A stretch of DNA of 64,000 nt, taken from NCBI GenBank assembly GCA_002269645.1, contig NIVC01001631.1:89886-153885 (forward strand), given 5' to 3'. This DNA comes from Macrostomum lignano (taxonomy: Eukaryota). A program made the position numbers and the translations under genes. Shown one piece after another: positions 1 through 11,879 of the stretch. The notes below the pieces were generated by a model. That model ran no database searches, was not told the origin of the DNA, and saw nothing but the letters and a program-made list of their open reading frames with translations. The first letter of the stretch is position 1, and each line of letters starts with the position of its first letter.

Positions 1-452
1 AATCCTTAAAGGGGAATCCCTAAAGTGGAATCCTTAAAGGGGAATCCCTAAAGGGGAATCCCTAAAGGGGAATCCCTAAAGGGGAATCCCTAAAGGGGAA
101 TCCCTAAAGGGGAATCCCTAAAGGGAATCCCTAAAGGGGAATCCCTAAAGGGGAATCCCTAAAGGGGAATCCCTAAAGGGGAATCCCTAAAGGGGAATCC
201 CTAAAGGGGAATCCCTAAAGGGGAATCCCTAAAGGGGAATCCCTAAAGGGGAATCCCTAAAGGGGAATCCCTAAAGGGGAATCCCTAAAGGGGAATCCCT
301 AAAGGGGAATCCCTAAAGGGGAATCCCTAAAGGGGAATCCCTAAAGGCGAATCCCTAAAGGGGAATCCCTATAGGGGAATCCCTAAAGGGGAATCTCTAA
401 AGGGGAATCCCTAAAGGGGAATCCCTAAAGGGGAATCCCTAAAGGGGAATCG
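1..452. repeat. 14-bp tandem satellite (AATCCCTAAAGGGG)n, truncated by window start; inside the last Rab3 intron
   Basis: About 30 near-perfect copies are visible directly. Confidence 0.97.
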
Positions 453-818
453 CTAGAGGGACATTTTTAAATCAAAATCAGAAAGGGGGAATCCAAAGGG
501 GAATCTATAAAGTGGAGTCCTAACTAAAAATCTCTAAGGATTTTCTCCACAGGAATTTCCATATATCCGGATAAGAGACCTTAGCAGGGGAATCGCAAAC
601 AAAGAACTTTTCAAATGTTTTTCTCGAATCGCCACCGTACAATATATAATAAGAAAACACAAATACGGTATATAAACACTTATCTTGTGTTCAATGCCAT
701 TTTCCGCAAGAAATTGTATCTTTTACACAAAAGTAGAATAGAAGAAGCACAAAAGATTGAAAAACATTAATCACTAATAAAAAGATGGCAATGAAGCAAG
801 TGAACTGCGGTACAATAC

Positions 819-943
819 CCAGATCATGTGCCAGCCTAGCACCGCGCTCAATGGAGACAATGCGACTATCCTCTAAATCGCACTTGTTACCAATTAGAGC
901 AATTTTGGCTGTGGACCAGGAGTGAGTCTGTATTGCCGTCACC
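819..943 (-). CDS. RAB3: Rab3 coding exon 3 (NKxD motif)
   Basis: [14 protein letters not shown]; cccag acceptor gives the required phase 2. Confidence 0.88.
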
Positions 944-3900
944 CTGGGCATGGTAGCGATGCGTATGAGAGGCACCTTTGTTTTAAATAAAACACATGTA
1001 ATAGAAATAAAATCTAAAACGACGAATCCAGTTTTTTAGAAAAAAGGCAAAAAACCATCAAAGAAATAATCAGTTGAACAGCAGGAATACCAATTTGTAC
1101 TGTTTATACCGACATATACTCAGCAAGTTTCAATTCCTCGGAATTCAAAATGCTATTTAAAGATATTCCAATGGGATGTCTATCAAAATCATCAGCGCGG
1201 AATCCTCACTCAAATCACGCTTTGGTAGTTGGTACTTTCACTCTTAACTGTTGACTATCAAACTTTAATAAAAAGAACAGTCCAAACAAATTCACCGAAC
1301 CGGAATAAAGAAAAAAGTTAATCGAAGAAGAAAAACTACGCTCGTAATTTGAACCAAAAAACACCGGGATTTTTTAGGGCTTAGAAATTCGCACCGAGCT
1401 CATTTGCCAGCTTTTGCGCCGTTTTGGTGTCGACTCGGCGCTGACCTGGCTGGCAGTCGCACTTGTTGCCTACCAATACAACAACGGCGCCTTGCCAGGC
1501 CTGACCGCGCACCAGCGTCACCCTTTAGTTGTGTGTGCGTGTGCGGTTTTAGAAGACGCAGGTGGTTGGGGTTGAAGTAAACTAATAAACTGTACACTAA
1601 AGCAAACTCTAGCCCCGACTTTATGTGGACCAGCCGGCAATATCTTGTCATAGCAAGATCTGTGTATCCCAGCCCTACCCCCACCCCATATAAAAGGGAA
1701 CGAGATTCTATGTACGCCAGCCCTACCCCCACCCCAAATAAAAGGGGACGAGATTTTATGTACATCAGCCCTACCCTCAAATAAAAGGGGACGAGATTCT
1801 ATGTACGCCAGCCCTGTCCCAGGACGAGAATCTATGTACCGCCAGCCCTCACCCTGGCCCTCAGATAGATAGATACCGTGAAGGGGACAAGATTTCACGT
1901 ACGCTCGTAAATTTTATTAATTTTAGCTAGGGAGAAGACTAAGGGAGAAGAAAGCGAAGAGATAAAGAAATCAGACGCTACGAAGTTAACTCCAGCTAAA
2001 TTTGCATACAAGGAAAACAAGGGTGAAATTTAGATTGACACAAGGGAAACAAATTTCAAAATATATGAATAGTGATATCAGTTACAAAAAATAAGATGCT
2101 TTAATATGGTTCCTGCTATATTTTATATTTCCTATAAATTTTAAATTGTAATAATAAAGTGCAATGACAACACTGAACATATATAAAAGGTCGGTGTGCA
2201 CAGGAGCGACAATAAAAGATGCATACAGACACTAATAAAATATTGTACCTTAGTACTCACATATTTTAATACAAGCGACTTACCAGTCTTGCACGGCATT
2301 AAACGAATCCTCGTTAGTAACGTCGTACATTAGAATAAAGCCCATAGCGCCCCTATAATAGGCTGTGGTGATGGTTCGGTACCTCTCTTGACCAGCTGTG
2401 TCCTAAAAAGTGGTAACAGAAAACGCTATTGATACTACTCATTTCGGAATGATTTTCAGGTGCCGATCGAGAATGATTCCTGTGGGGCGAATCATGGGTG
2501 ATTCTCAGGCCGGATCAGGGGTAATTCTCGAGGCGGATCAGGGGTGATTCTCAGGCCGGATCAGGGGTGATTCTTAGGCCGGATCAGGGGTAATTCTCGG
2601 AGAGGATCATGGGTGATTGTTATGTGCAAATTGAGAATAATTATGAAACAGCGCATTGCAACTTTTTGACATGACGGACCTTCCGGATCTGTCAGCACCA
2701 TGAAAACAAGAATGCAAGTAGTTGCAAAGGCTAAGCAGAGTTTGAAATTGTCCTGTTGATTTAAATTAATAAACCGACCGGGTCCCGGAGGGCCAATTGT
2801 AACCGAGCCGAGCCAATTACTTTATGGCGTTGAGACGCACAGGAAGTTGCGTCCCAGTGGCAGCAAAATTGATTACCGCTAGTGGACAAGTTGATAGTCG
2901 AATCTATCAAACACGCGACAGTCGCACACGCAAAGGATATAAGCTAATCCAACGGAATGCATAATACCCTTCAGTGGGTTTTGATTATCAGTTGTATGAA
3001 TTATTGCCTTAAGAATAAATTAATACAATAGATTGTTACTAATCATAAACTTCACTGTCATTTCCAAGGAGTCGTGGAATTAACATATAGGAAATAGATT
3101 ATGAATGAGAAGATTAAAGATTTATGATAGGCATAAGAAGAGGATTAACAAAAACAAGGGAAACATGTAAGAGGATAATAGAGGGCGTGATACATGGGGT
3201 TCTAAGATACAGAAGTTATGGTAGACACTAAGGGTCAAAAGATATACAAATTGGTCATGTGAGACACAAAATGGTCATAGGAGATACAGAAGAGTCATAG
3301 GAGACACAGATGGATCATAGGAGACACAGATGGATCATAGGAGACACAGATGGATCATAGGAGACACAGATGGGTCATAGGAGACAAAAGGGTCACAGAA
3401 GGGTCATAGTAGACACAGATGGGTCATAGGAAACACAAAAGTGTCATAGGAGACATAGATAGGTCATAAAAGACAGAAGTGTCATAGGAGACACAGATAG
3501 GTCATTGAAGACACAGAAGGGTCATAGGAGACACAGATAGGTCATTGAAGACACAGAAGGGTCATAGGAGACACAGATAGGTCATAGAAGACACAGAAGG
3601 GTCATAGGAGACACAGATAGGTCATAGAAGACACAGAAGGGTCATAGGAGACTGGGAGTCATTGAGTACACACGGCGAGTCATGACAAGCGGCTATTGGG
3701 GGAGTGGGAGATGTGACCAGAAGCCAGTGAGAGATGAGGCAATAAAGAGAAGCTACTCACCCAGATCTGCAGCTTGACCCGCTTATCGTGTCTAAAGACG
3801 GTCTTGACTTTGAAATCGATGCCAACAGTGGACACGAAGGCGGACGTGAAAGAGTCGTCAGCGTAGCGAAACAGAAACGACGTCTTGCCAACGGAGGAAT

Positions 3901-3964
3901 TGCCAATAATCAATAATTTGAACATGTAGTCAAAGTTCTGATCGGCCGCATCGCGAGATCCCAT
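819..3964 (-). CDS. RAB3: Rab3 small GTPase; coding exons 3964-3761, 2402-2284, 943-819; final exon lies left of the window
   Basis: Spliced translation [55 protein letters not shown]...QIW|[27 protein letters not shown]...QDW|VTAIQTHSW...GNKCDLED...HDLG. All introns are GT-AG with compatible phases (0,2,1). NFDYMFK and [12 protein letters not shown] are Rab3-type. Confidence 0.93.
1660..1860. repeat. Degenerate ~50-bp minisatellite (cagccctaccc...aaaaggggacgagattctatgtac)
   Basis: About 4 diverged copies in a Rab3 intron. Confidence 0.8.
2284..2402 (-). CDS. RAB3: Rab3 coding exon 2 (switch II)
   Basis: [39 protein letters not shown]; acceptor ctttttag, donor gtaagt. Confidence 0.93.
2470..2615. 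repeat. 23-bp minisatellite (ggatcaggggtgattctcaggcc)
   Basis: About 5-6 diverged copies. Confidence 0.85.
3270..3655. repeat. 19/20-bp minisatellite (ggagacacagatggatcata)
   Basis: About 19 diverged copies. Confidence 0.9.
3761..3964 (-). CDS. RAB3: Rab3 coding exon 1 (P-loop, switch I)
   Basis: GNSSVGKT and TVGIDFK motifs; donor TGG|GTGAGT. Confidence 0.93.
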
Positions 3965-4639
3965 TGCTGCTGCTGCTGCAACTGCGGTAATAAAATTATC
4001 GGTAAATAATAGAGAATTAATAAAACAATAGAAATCTATAAAAGCAACTCTAGAATTCTAGACAGGGAAAAACATTTAAAGGAACAGGGAGTCAAAACTG
4101 GGGGGGGGGGGCAGACGCGCACTAGGGACGCACTGAATAGACAGCACAAGAGGAGACTGAACGATCAGCAGTGCCAAGCAGCAGCCAATGAAAAATCTAT
4201 ATGGCTAAAACGGATAAGGGAGAAGGGAAGAGAGAGAGAGAGAGAGCACTGCCTTTGAGCTTGCCAGCGTGGGCGGCAGTTGGCAGCACCGGAATCGATT
4301 CGACTAAACGCCCCCCCCCCTGCTCTCACTTCGTAGCTATCATTTCCTTGAAACCGCCGTTACCAACCGGACTGATTCTTCCTCAGATAGTTCAGATCAT
4401 ACACTCCCCTCTCTCTTTCTCTGTCTGGCATAGCAGCTGGGCACTTGAAAGCGTTTCGTTGGGTTAAAAGGCGTCGGGCTGCGGAAGGCATTTATAAAAT
4501 GCTAAACTGCTCCTTCTCCTACCTCTGCCTAGCCAGACCAAGTTTACACCTTGTATTAGAAAGTGAGATTATAGTGCACAGGTTGCTGATCAATTCCGAC
4601 CGATAGCCAGAGGTTACAAGTGCAACAAATAGTTAACTC

Positions 4640-4860
4640 AGTTGGCACGGATCTGGGAGGCTCGCGGTGGTCTAGCAACTGGGGATCTGAGCGGCTAGCC
4701 TAGCAACTGGGGATCTGAGTGGCTAGCCTAGCAACTGGGGATCTGAGCGGCTAGCCTAGCAACTGGGGATCTAAAAGGTTGGCCTAGCAACTGGGGATCT
4801 AAAAGGTTGGCCTAGCAACTGGGGATCTGAGAAGCTGGCCTAGCAACTGAAGATCTAGAA
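4640..4860. repeat. 28-bp minisatellite (agcaactggggatctgagcggctagcct)
   Basis: About 7 copies; core shared with the 9335-9675 array. Confidence 0.9.
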
Positions 4861-5034
4861 GGTAAGGTAACGGTGGCCCAGCAGCTTGAGGATCCGGGGC
4901 TGGTGCAATGACACAATCAGAGCACAGAAGTTGGCCTGTAAGAGCCGAAAAGGGGTTAATATAAAAAGCGAATAAAGTGGTTATGAGATGAAATTGAACT
5001 ACACATAGACATTCGAACAGAATTAAGTGCACAT

Positions 5035-5340
5035 TACCCCAATCAAAGTATGCTGTTTTCATTAACTGCTTGCTGTTCTCATAACCCAAACCCAGCATTC
5101 GAATTGCTAGCAGTCACCCATAGCCTCCAATTATGGCACTCTGTCGCTAAGGTGAAGGGATTCCATGTACCGCAGCACACGGCAGGCGGGGACACGCCCA
5201 AGCCCCATTTTGTAGCCCTGGTTGAACAGTGCAGCGCACACAACCCCCCTTCCAAACCAAACAGCGCCAATAACAGGGGGGGGGACAAAAAAGTGCGTCC
5301 CAATCAGCCAGCCACGGGAGCGACAATTCCATACTGCTTT
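5035..5340 (-). mobile_element. Probable SINE with CORE-like central block
   Basis: The minus strand contains gcactgttcaaccagggctacaaaatgggg, similar to gcttcagttcacccagctgtaaaatggg in the SINEs at 51061 and 63453. The head is only weakly tRNA-like. Confidence 0.45.
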
Positions 5341-5869
5341 CGTCTTTAAACAGGCGCACAAATCAATAATAATTCAGGGAGAATGCACTGAACTGCAGAC
5401 ATTTATTATAATCCCAGAAGTAGGCGTGTTCAATCCTAGATTACTTATCTCTCTTGCTATACAATAGAAACCTATTATGTGAGTATTGAGTATCTAAAAT
5501 CTTTAAAATAATATTTGAAAACGACATTAGAGCGCAACAAATCAACTCGGATACGGACGCACAAGTATTCTTTTTTTAATTATAGCCACTTACGTAAAAG
5601 TACAAATAAAATTTGTATTCATAACTAATTAACAGCATATTAAGCCTAGTTAATTATAGCTTTGAAGAAAGAAACACAGTAGGTTTGGGTAAAGGTAATC
5701 TCACAGTTCAATACCTGGAGATCTAAGTATGCAACTCGCGTTATGTAACAGCAATAGCTAGACGAATTATAGGCAAGCATAAATGTAAAGCAAAGTTATT
5801 TTTTTATAAGAGCAATCAAGTGGAAGGCAGGCATACTGCTCACTGCCTGGCTTCTGGGACTTACAAGCA

Positions 5870-6095
5870 TCAAAAAGAGGGAGACAGAGAGGGAAGGCGA
5901 GGGGAGATGAAAAGCAGGGAGATGGAGAGGGGAGGGGAGATGAAGAGCAGGGAGATGGAGAGGTGAGAGGGGATAAAGAGGGGGAGATGAAGAGGGTAAG
6001 ATGAAGAGAAGAGAGGAGAGATAAATGCGGAGATGAGAGAATGGGGAGATAGAGAGGAGAGGGAAGAGGGAGGGAGGGGGATGGAGAGTGGGAGA
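5870..6095. repeat. Purine-rich (GA) low-complexity tract
   Basis: ggagatgaagag/ggagaggggag motifs, almost no pyrimidines. Confidence 0.8.
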
Positions 6096-6684
6096 CAGCA
6101 TCTGAACCCCAGCTTCATAAGCGCAGCATTAGAAAGGCAAAAATGGAGGGCAGACTGGTTGCATTTCAGCTCGGTTACAAGCAAATCTGTGTGCGGCTAT
6201 GCTGCATCCAGGTATGCAACTTCAAACAGTAATAATACAAGTATTACCAGGTATATATCGTTATCGAGCAGAAAAAGCATTGAATAAATCTAGCGCTAGA
6301 AGTACTGGTGACACTCGAGCAGGAAGAGCCCAATTATAGGTAATGAACGACCCTAGGTGTGCGCCTGATAATTAATTGCTTAGGTAATTCTTTTTGACAG
6401 CTAGCAATTCAACCGTCGAATATCGCTTTTTACGCCGAAAGAAAGCAGACATGCAAACATTAGCAAAATATGTAAGACATAATGACCAGAGCAGATCAGC
6501 ACAGCTAGGCGAACAAATCCCAAACTTCTACTGAATAAAACAAGAGCAAGCATAGAAACTGACAAGAGAAATTGATATGGTACGCACAACTTATACAAGC
6601 AACTGACACTGGAAATGCGAACTGAACACTGGACAGGCCGAAATCTTATGATTAATTATTGGCTTTTAGACTCCATCTTAACCA

Positions 6685-7145
6685 GCTGCTCCAGCCTCCC
6701 ATTCATTCAGTGAGCTGCTGCCCCAGCCTCCCATTCATTCAGTGAGCTACTGTCTCAACCTCCCATTCATTCAGTGAGCTGCTGTCTCAACCTCCCATTC
6801 ATTCAGTGAGCTGCTGTCTCAACCTCCCATTCATTCAGTGAGCTGCTGTCTCAACCTCCCATTCATTCAGTGAGCTGCTGTCTCAGCCTCCCATTCATTC
6901 AGTGAGCTGCTGTCTCAGCCTCCCATTCATTCAGTGAGCTGCTGTCTCAGCCTCCCATTCATTCAGTGAGCTGCTGTCCCAACCTCCCATTCATTCAGTG
7001 AGCTGCTGTCTCAGCCTCCCATTCATTCAGTGAGCTGCTGTCTCAGCCTCCCATTCATTCAGTGAGCTGCTGTCTCAGCCTCCCATTCATTCAGTGAGCT
7101 GCTGTCTCAGCCTCCCATTCATTCAGTGAGCTGCTGTCCCAACCT
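6685..7145. repeat. 32-bp minisatellite (cctcccattcattcagtgagctgctgtctcag)
   Basis: About 14 copies. Confidence 0.95.
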
Positions 7146-7479
7146 CTCATCCCTATATAGTCTAAGTTAATCAAAGCCTTTTTAGTCTCATTTATTTATG
7201 GCAATAAATAAACTTAAATACAACACACAAACAAAAAATTTAACGCAGGGAAATAGCATAAGATAGCATATGTAAAACTTAAAATAAATTAGACGATAAT
7301 TGGTTTGAAAAATGACATACAATGCAACTAGAATCAGCAGTCTGACAAAGTCGCCGTGTCACCTCTTGTATGGAGAGCTGGAATGATATCTGCAAATAAA
7401 GCGTACGAATAGTCGGTCCCCGTTAGCTTATGATTGTATGGCCTGCTTGTATCGCTAGGATGTCGTTAGAATGCACATC

Positions 7480-7665
7480 CCAGCCATTTGATGTTTGCCG
7501 CTACCCCAGCACAATCTCAGTCCTTTGATCTTTGCCGCTAACCCCAGCACAATCTCAGTCCTTTGATGTTCGCCGCTACCCCAGCACAATCTCAGTTCTT
7601 TGATGTTCGCCGCTACCCCAGCACAATCTCAGTACTTTGATTTTTGCCGCTAACCCAGCCTAATA
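7480..7665. repeat. ~37-bp minisatellite (cccagcacaatctcagtcctttgatgttcgccgcta)
   Basis: About 5 copies just downstream of the CLK stop codon. Confidence 0.85.
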
Positions 7666-7729
7666 TTTGTCCTTTGAAATTCACCGCATACCTCAGCCCA
7701 AGCCCAGGAACAGATATTAGCAGAAAGAT

Positions 7730-8248
7730 TTACCGATGCGACCGCAGGTGCTGCGGCAGGGCCTCAAAGAACGGATGATGAATAGCTTCGCCTAGTGGTG
7801 CCCGACGCCTTGGCTCGTACTCGAACAGATCCTCCAGCAGATCGAATAGCAGCCGATGCTCCCGACTATCCGGCAGCTGGGTGTAGCGCCGCAACGGTTG
7901 CACGGCCGTCTCGGCGCCGCCCCATTTCCAGGCCAGCCGGCCCCTATGAAAATATTTTGTCTTTGGCGACGCTTCAATCATGCGAGTTGGCAGCCGGCCA
8001 AAGCAGCGCTCCATCATGGCCAGGTGCTCTAAATTGTCGTGCGTCATGAACAGGCACTCGCCGGTGTACAGCTCGAACACTATGCAGGCGATGGACCAGA
8101 CGTCGCACGGATGCGACCAGCCTAGTTCCAGCACCACTTCGGGGGCGCGGTAGTGCCGGGTGGACACGATCTTGGTGTGGTGCTCGTGATCGAATGTGGC
8201 CGAGCCGAAGTCGATAAGACGAATTGTGGGATCGCGGAGCACGGTGCG
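7730..8248 (-). CDS. CLK: CLK exon 4 (DFG to stop, LAMMER motif)
   Basis: [27 protein letters not shown]...[11 protein letters not shown]...HPFF. Confidence 0.95.
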   Translation of the reverse strand, partial: RTVLRDPTIRLIDFGSATFDHEHHTKIVSTRHYRAPEVVLELGWSHPCDVWSIACIVFELYTGECLFMTHDNLEHLAMMERCFGRLPTRMIEASPKTKYFHRGRLAWKWGGAETAVQPLRRYTQLPDSREHRLLFDLLEDLFEYEPRRRAPLGEAIHHPFFEALPQHLRSHR

Positions 8249-10833
8249 CTAGGTAGGGGATGGGGATAGCAAGATTGCGCTTACAACTGGGAATTCGATT
8301 ACGGGAATTACAACTGTCTCTTTAAACCGGGCCAGTGTTCAAAGCACTTGCGAGTAATATTAATAACTAAAACAAAACAGTAAGAATGCGTCAAATGACT
8401 CATATGAGCACCTGACGATGGACCAAATGACTCATATGAGGACCTGACGATGGACCAAATGACTCAAGAGGACATGCTGATAGACCAAATGATTCATATG
8501 AGGACCTGACGATGGACCAAATGACTCATTTGAGGACATGGTGACGGACCAAATGACTCATTTGAGGACATGGTGACGGACCAAATGACTCATTTGAGGA
8601 CATGGTGACGGACCAAATGACTCATTTGAGGACATGTTGATGGACCAAATGACTCATACGAGTATTAGGACATGCTGATAGACCAAATGACTCATATGAG
8701 GACATGATGGTGGAAAAAAATCACTGATAAGAGGAAATGGTGATGGACTAAATGACTCATATGGGGCACCGCTGATGGACCAAAAGACCAACACTCTAGC
8801 GCCAATAACTCACCACTCGTCCAGTCTTGGGGCAGACATCGCGAACGCAATCGTTGGAGTTGCAGAACAAAATATTCTCGGGCTTCAAATCTGTGTGCGT
8901 CAGTCCGCAGTCGTGCAAAAATTTCACAGCGTAAGACAGCTGATAGGCCATGCTGCGCACCTGTTCAAACGGATACGGCGCGTAGTCGTTTCGCTTTTGA
9001 AAGTCGAACACTGACTCGCCGAGCATGTCGAACACCAAACAGACGTGGCCATGGTAGTTAAAGTGCTGTCGCAGCTGTACGCAGTGAAATCGGCCGTGCG
9101 GATCGCGGCGCTCCAGCGTTTGCAGCACCTTCACCTCCAGCATGGCGGCGTCCCGGTACTTCGGCACGTTGCGAACCACCTGGAAAGTAGCGGGCGAGCC
9201 CGTGAAGGCAATTTCTAAAAAATAAAAAAAACTGTTTCAGACTGACTACTGATAGTAGCTGAGTATGGGCATTACGATTATAAGCATACGACGTCCTAAA
9301 AAACCAGGAAGGTTATTAATATTAAACTAAATGATTCTGGGAAGCTGGCCCAGCAACTGATGATCTGGGAGGCCGGCGGGTTGCCCTTCAGCAACTGAGG
9401 ATCTGGGAGGCTGCCGGGTTGCCCTTCAGCAACTGAGGATCTGAGAGGCTGCCGGGTTGCCCTTCAGCAACTGAGGATCTGGGAGGCTGCCGGGTTGCCC
9501 TTCAGCAACTGAGGATCTGAGAGGCTGCCGGGTTGCCCTTCAGCAACTGAGGATCTGAGAGGCTGCCGGGTTTCCCCAGCAACTGAGGATCTGAGAGGCT
9601 GCCGGGTTTTCCCAGCAACTGAGGATCTGAGAGGCTGCCGGGTTTCCCCAGCAACTGAGGATCTGAGAGGCTGGTGTGCTGAGCCTTACCTTAATAGCCA
9701 CTCGTTCATTGCCCGCGCGCCTGTCGGCGGCCTCCAGCACCCGACCGAAGGTGCCCTCGCCAAGCAGGCGTACCAGGGTGTACTGGCCGGAGCGCATGCT
9801 GGCGCCTGGCTGCACTACCAAATGGCCGTCGCGGTCCTGCTGTACAAAGGACCGGGACCGGGACCGGGATCTGCGACTGCTGCTAGCCGGCGAGTCGTGA
9901 CGCGACTGATGCTGCTGCAGTGGCGGCTGATAATAACGGCGTCGACTTCTAAAATTTTAAAGGTGATCAGATTGGCTTAAAGCATACAAGGTAATTGAAT
10001 TGAACAGTATTTATATGTACTGACAGTACTGTGAAATAAATTACAAAAATGACTTATAGCAAAGAAGTGGACTGATAGCTATCTACTGAAGTAATGACTG
10101 GTAGCTATCTACTGAAGTAATGACTGGTAGCTATCTACTAAAGTAATGACTGGCAGCTACATACTAACGGAACACTAAATTATTGATAAGCCATACTCCC
10201 TGCAATTCACCTGTAATGCGACCTAGTTGCCACGGACTCAGTGCGCGAGCTGTACCCATCTTGAATGCGACGCGACGATCCGCCTCTAGATCGGGACCGG
10301 GATCTGGATGCTCTCGATTTTGCTCTACGTCGATGCGGCGACCGCTTACGCTGCCGACGCTGCCGGCTGTAGCTCTGGTGCCGGCTTCGCTGCCGACGTC
10401 GGTACCGCGAGGAGCTGCGCTCTCGCCGGCTTCGATCTCGCGAAGTCGCCAATGACTGCCTTGCCGAACAGCCTGACTGAGTAGACGACGAAGGCGAGGA
10501 GGAGGAGCGCCTTCTGTGCCTGGCGGCGGACTCGCGCTGGGCTGAACGGCCGCGATAGGCGGGATTACGGCGCGACCGCCGGCTCGACCGGGAGCGGTAG
10601 CGCGACCGGCCATCGGACCGGGACGGCGACCGGAATCGGGACCGGGACCGAGACTTAGATCGGGACTCGTCGCTGTAGCTGTCTTGACGCCGGCTCTGCT
10701 CAACGGATCGTATCGAATGATGCGGCATAGAGGAAGGCGGCGGCCGCGGAGGTGTGAACTGCTGCTGTCTGTACGAGGCTAAAACGCCGTAATCCGCTAA
10801 GCCGCCCGAGTGTTGCTGGCCGTAGCAGTACAT
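7730..10833 (-). CDS. CLK: LAMMER/CDC-like dual-specificity kinase (CLK/Doa family); exons 10833-10211, 9948-9690, 9179-8814, 8248-7730
   Basis: RS-rich N-terminus, [42 protein letters not shown], and the signature EHLAMMER. Introns are GT-AG with phases 2,0,0. The start ATG at 10833 is the first in-frame ATG; an upstream exon is possible. Confidence 0.93.
8390..8770. repeat. 32-bp intronic minisatellite containing TGACTCA
   Basis: Unit gaccaaatgactcatttgaggacatggtgacg, about 11 copies. Confidence 0.92.
8814..9179 (-). CDS. CLK: CLK exon 3 (kinase subdomains III-VIb)
   Basis: [19 protein letters not shown]...[11 protein letters not shown]...[11 protein letters not shown]. Confidence 0.93.
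9335..9675. repeat. 36-38-bp intronic minisatellite (cagcaactgaggatctgggaggctgccgggttgccctt)
   Basis: About 9 copies in CLK intron 2. Confidence 0.93.
9690..9948 (-). CDS. CLK: CLK exon 2 (RS end, DGHL, Gly-rich loop, VAIK)
   Basis: [21 protein letters not shown]...[11 protein letters not shown]...VAIK; ttttag acceptor, gtaagg donor. Confidence 0.92.
10070..10160. repeat. 26-bp tandem repeat (gtagctatctactgaagtaatgactg)
   Basis: About 3.5 copies in CLK intron 1. Confidence 0.85.
10211..10833 (-). CDS. CLK: CLK exon 1, arginine/serine-rich regulatory region
   Basis: About 200 aa of RS/RSR repeats; donor TACAG|GTGAAT. Confidence 0.8.
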
Positions 10834-11879
10834 CCGTGACGGAGTCGACTGACTGGAAAGCGTGGCCGGGGCTGACTGAGCTGGAGACAAACGGGTCTGA
10901 TATATATGCGCCCGCACCGGGACCTGCCCAGTGATCTATCGGGCACTAATAAAGTGCAAAGCGGCTTTTCAAGGGAAAAAGGAATGGCACAAAGTCCATT
11001 AATTGCTCCCTTTTTATCCCCCTCAACGCTGTTTTATACTTTCGGAATTCTGGGAAAATGATTGCGCTGCATCAATTATTATGGTTGCTTCTACAATTCA
11101 AAGGATTTAAAAATGGTTCGGCAAGGGTGAAACACATTAATATTTCTGGATCGAGTTACTTTTCCCACTTTTACACAGTTTGCGTCAGCTAGCTGGTAGC
11201 CAATCATCCAGGGCAATCACAATTACCGGGGGGGGGAGGTTGGCGTTTTCTATTTAAAAAAGACAAACCAAGGAGAAATCAGGCTCTCAAAGCACCAATG
11301 CCGTCATTACTGAACCAAGCGCAACTCTACGCGTGACAAGGATAACGTGCTTGGTGCAAAGAATGGCCTTATCAATTTATAAGACTAGATTTTGGTATTT
11401 AACAGTAGGAATAGCAAGCCGTTTCTCCGCCTGCTTTTAAACCAAAAGAGGAGCACCGTAATGGAGCGACCCAAGCGCATATTTTAAAACAAGAATCAAG
11501 TCGCCAGCCCTCCAAATGATTCAGATATTCAACAATTCGACTCTCAACGTCGACTATGCGTGCATTAACTCTAACTTTGGTGGTAATTAGCCTTTACCAA
11601 GACAGCTTGTGGATCTTGTGCAAATGAAATTAATGTGACTGTGATTAATGTTGCCAAGGAGATTTCAGCCTCAAGGATTTGCCCTAGTCAAGAAATCCTT
11701 CTAAAGTTGATGATAATGATGACTACCTGTGCATATTCATTGAGGCTGACCTTTGACAAATCACATGTGAGTTGGTGCAAGTCTTTGGGATAGACCAACA
11801 AACAATTGCCATTCACTTAATAGTCCACTGCCCTTGGCCCCCACCCCCACCACCATAGGTCACCACTCGGATCAACCAG

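Noticed and set aside
1-452. Telomere (the unit contains CCCTAA)
   Set aside because: The period is 14 bp rather than 6, and the array lies inside a Rab3 intron. It is an ordinary satellite.
10207-10917. 236-aa ORF starting at 10917 as a complete protein
   Set aside because: The start is GTG and the ORF is the first CLK exon read past its donor. The first in-frame ATG is at 10833.
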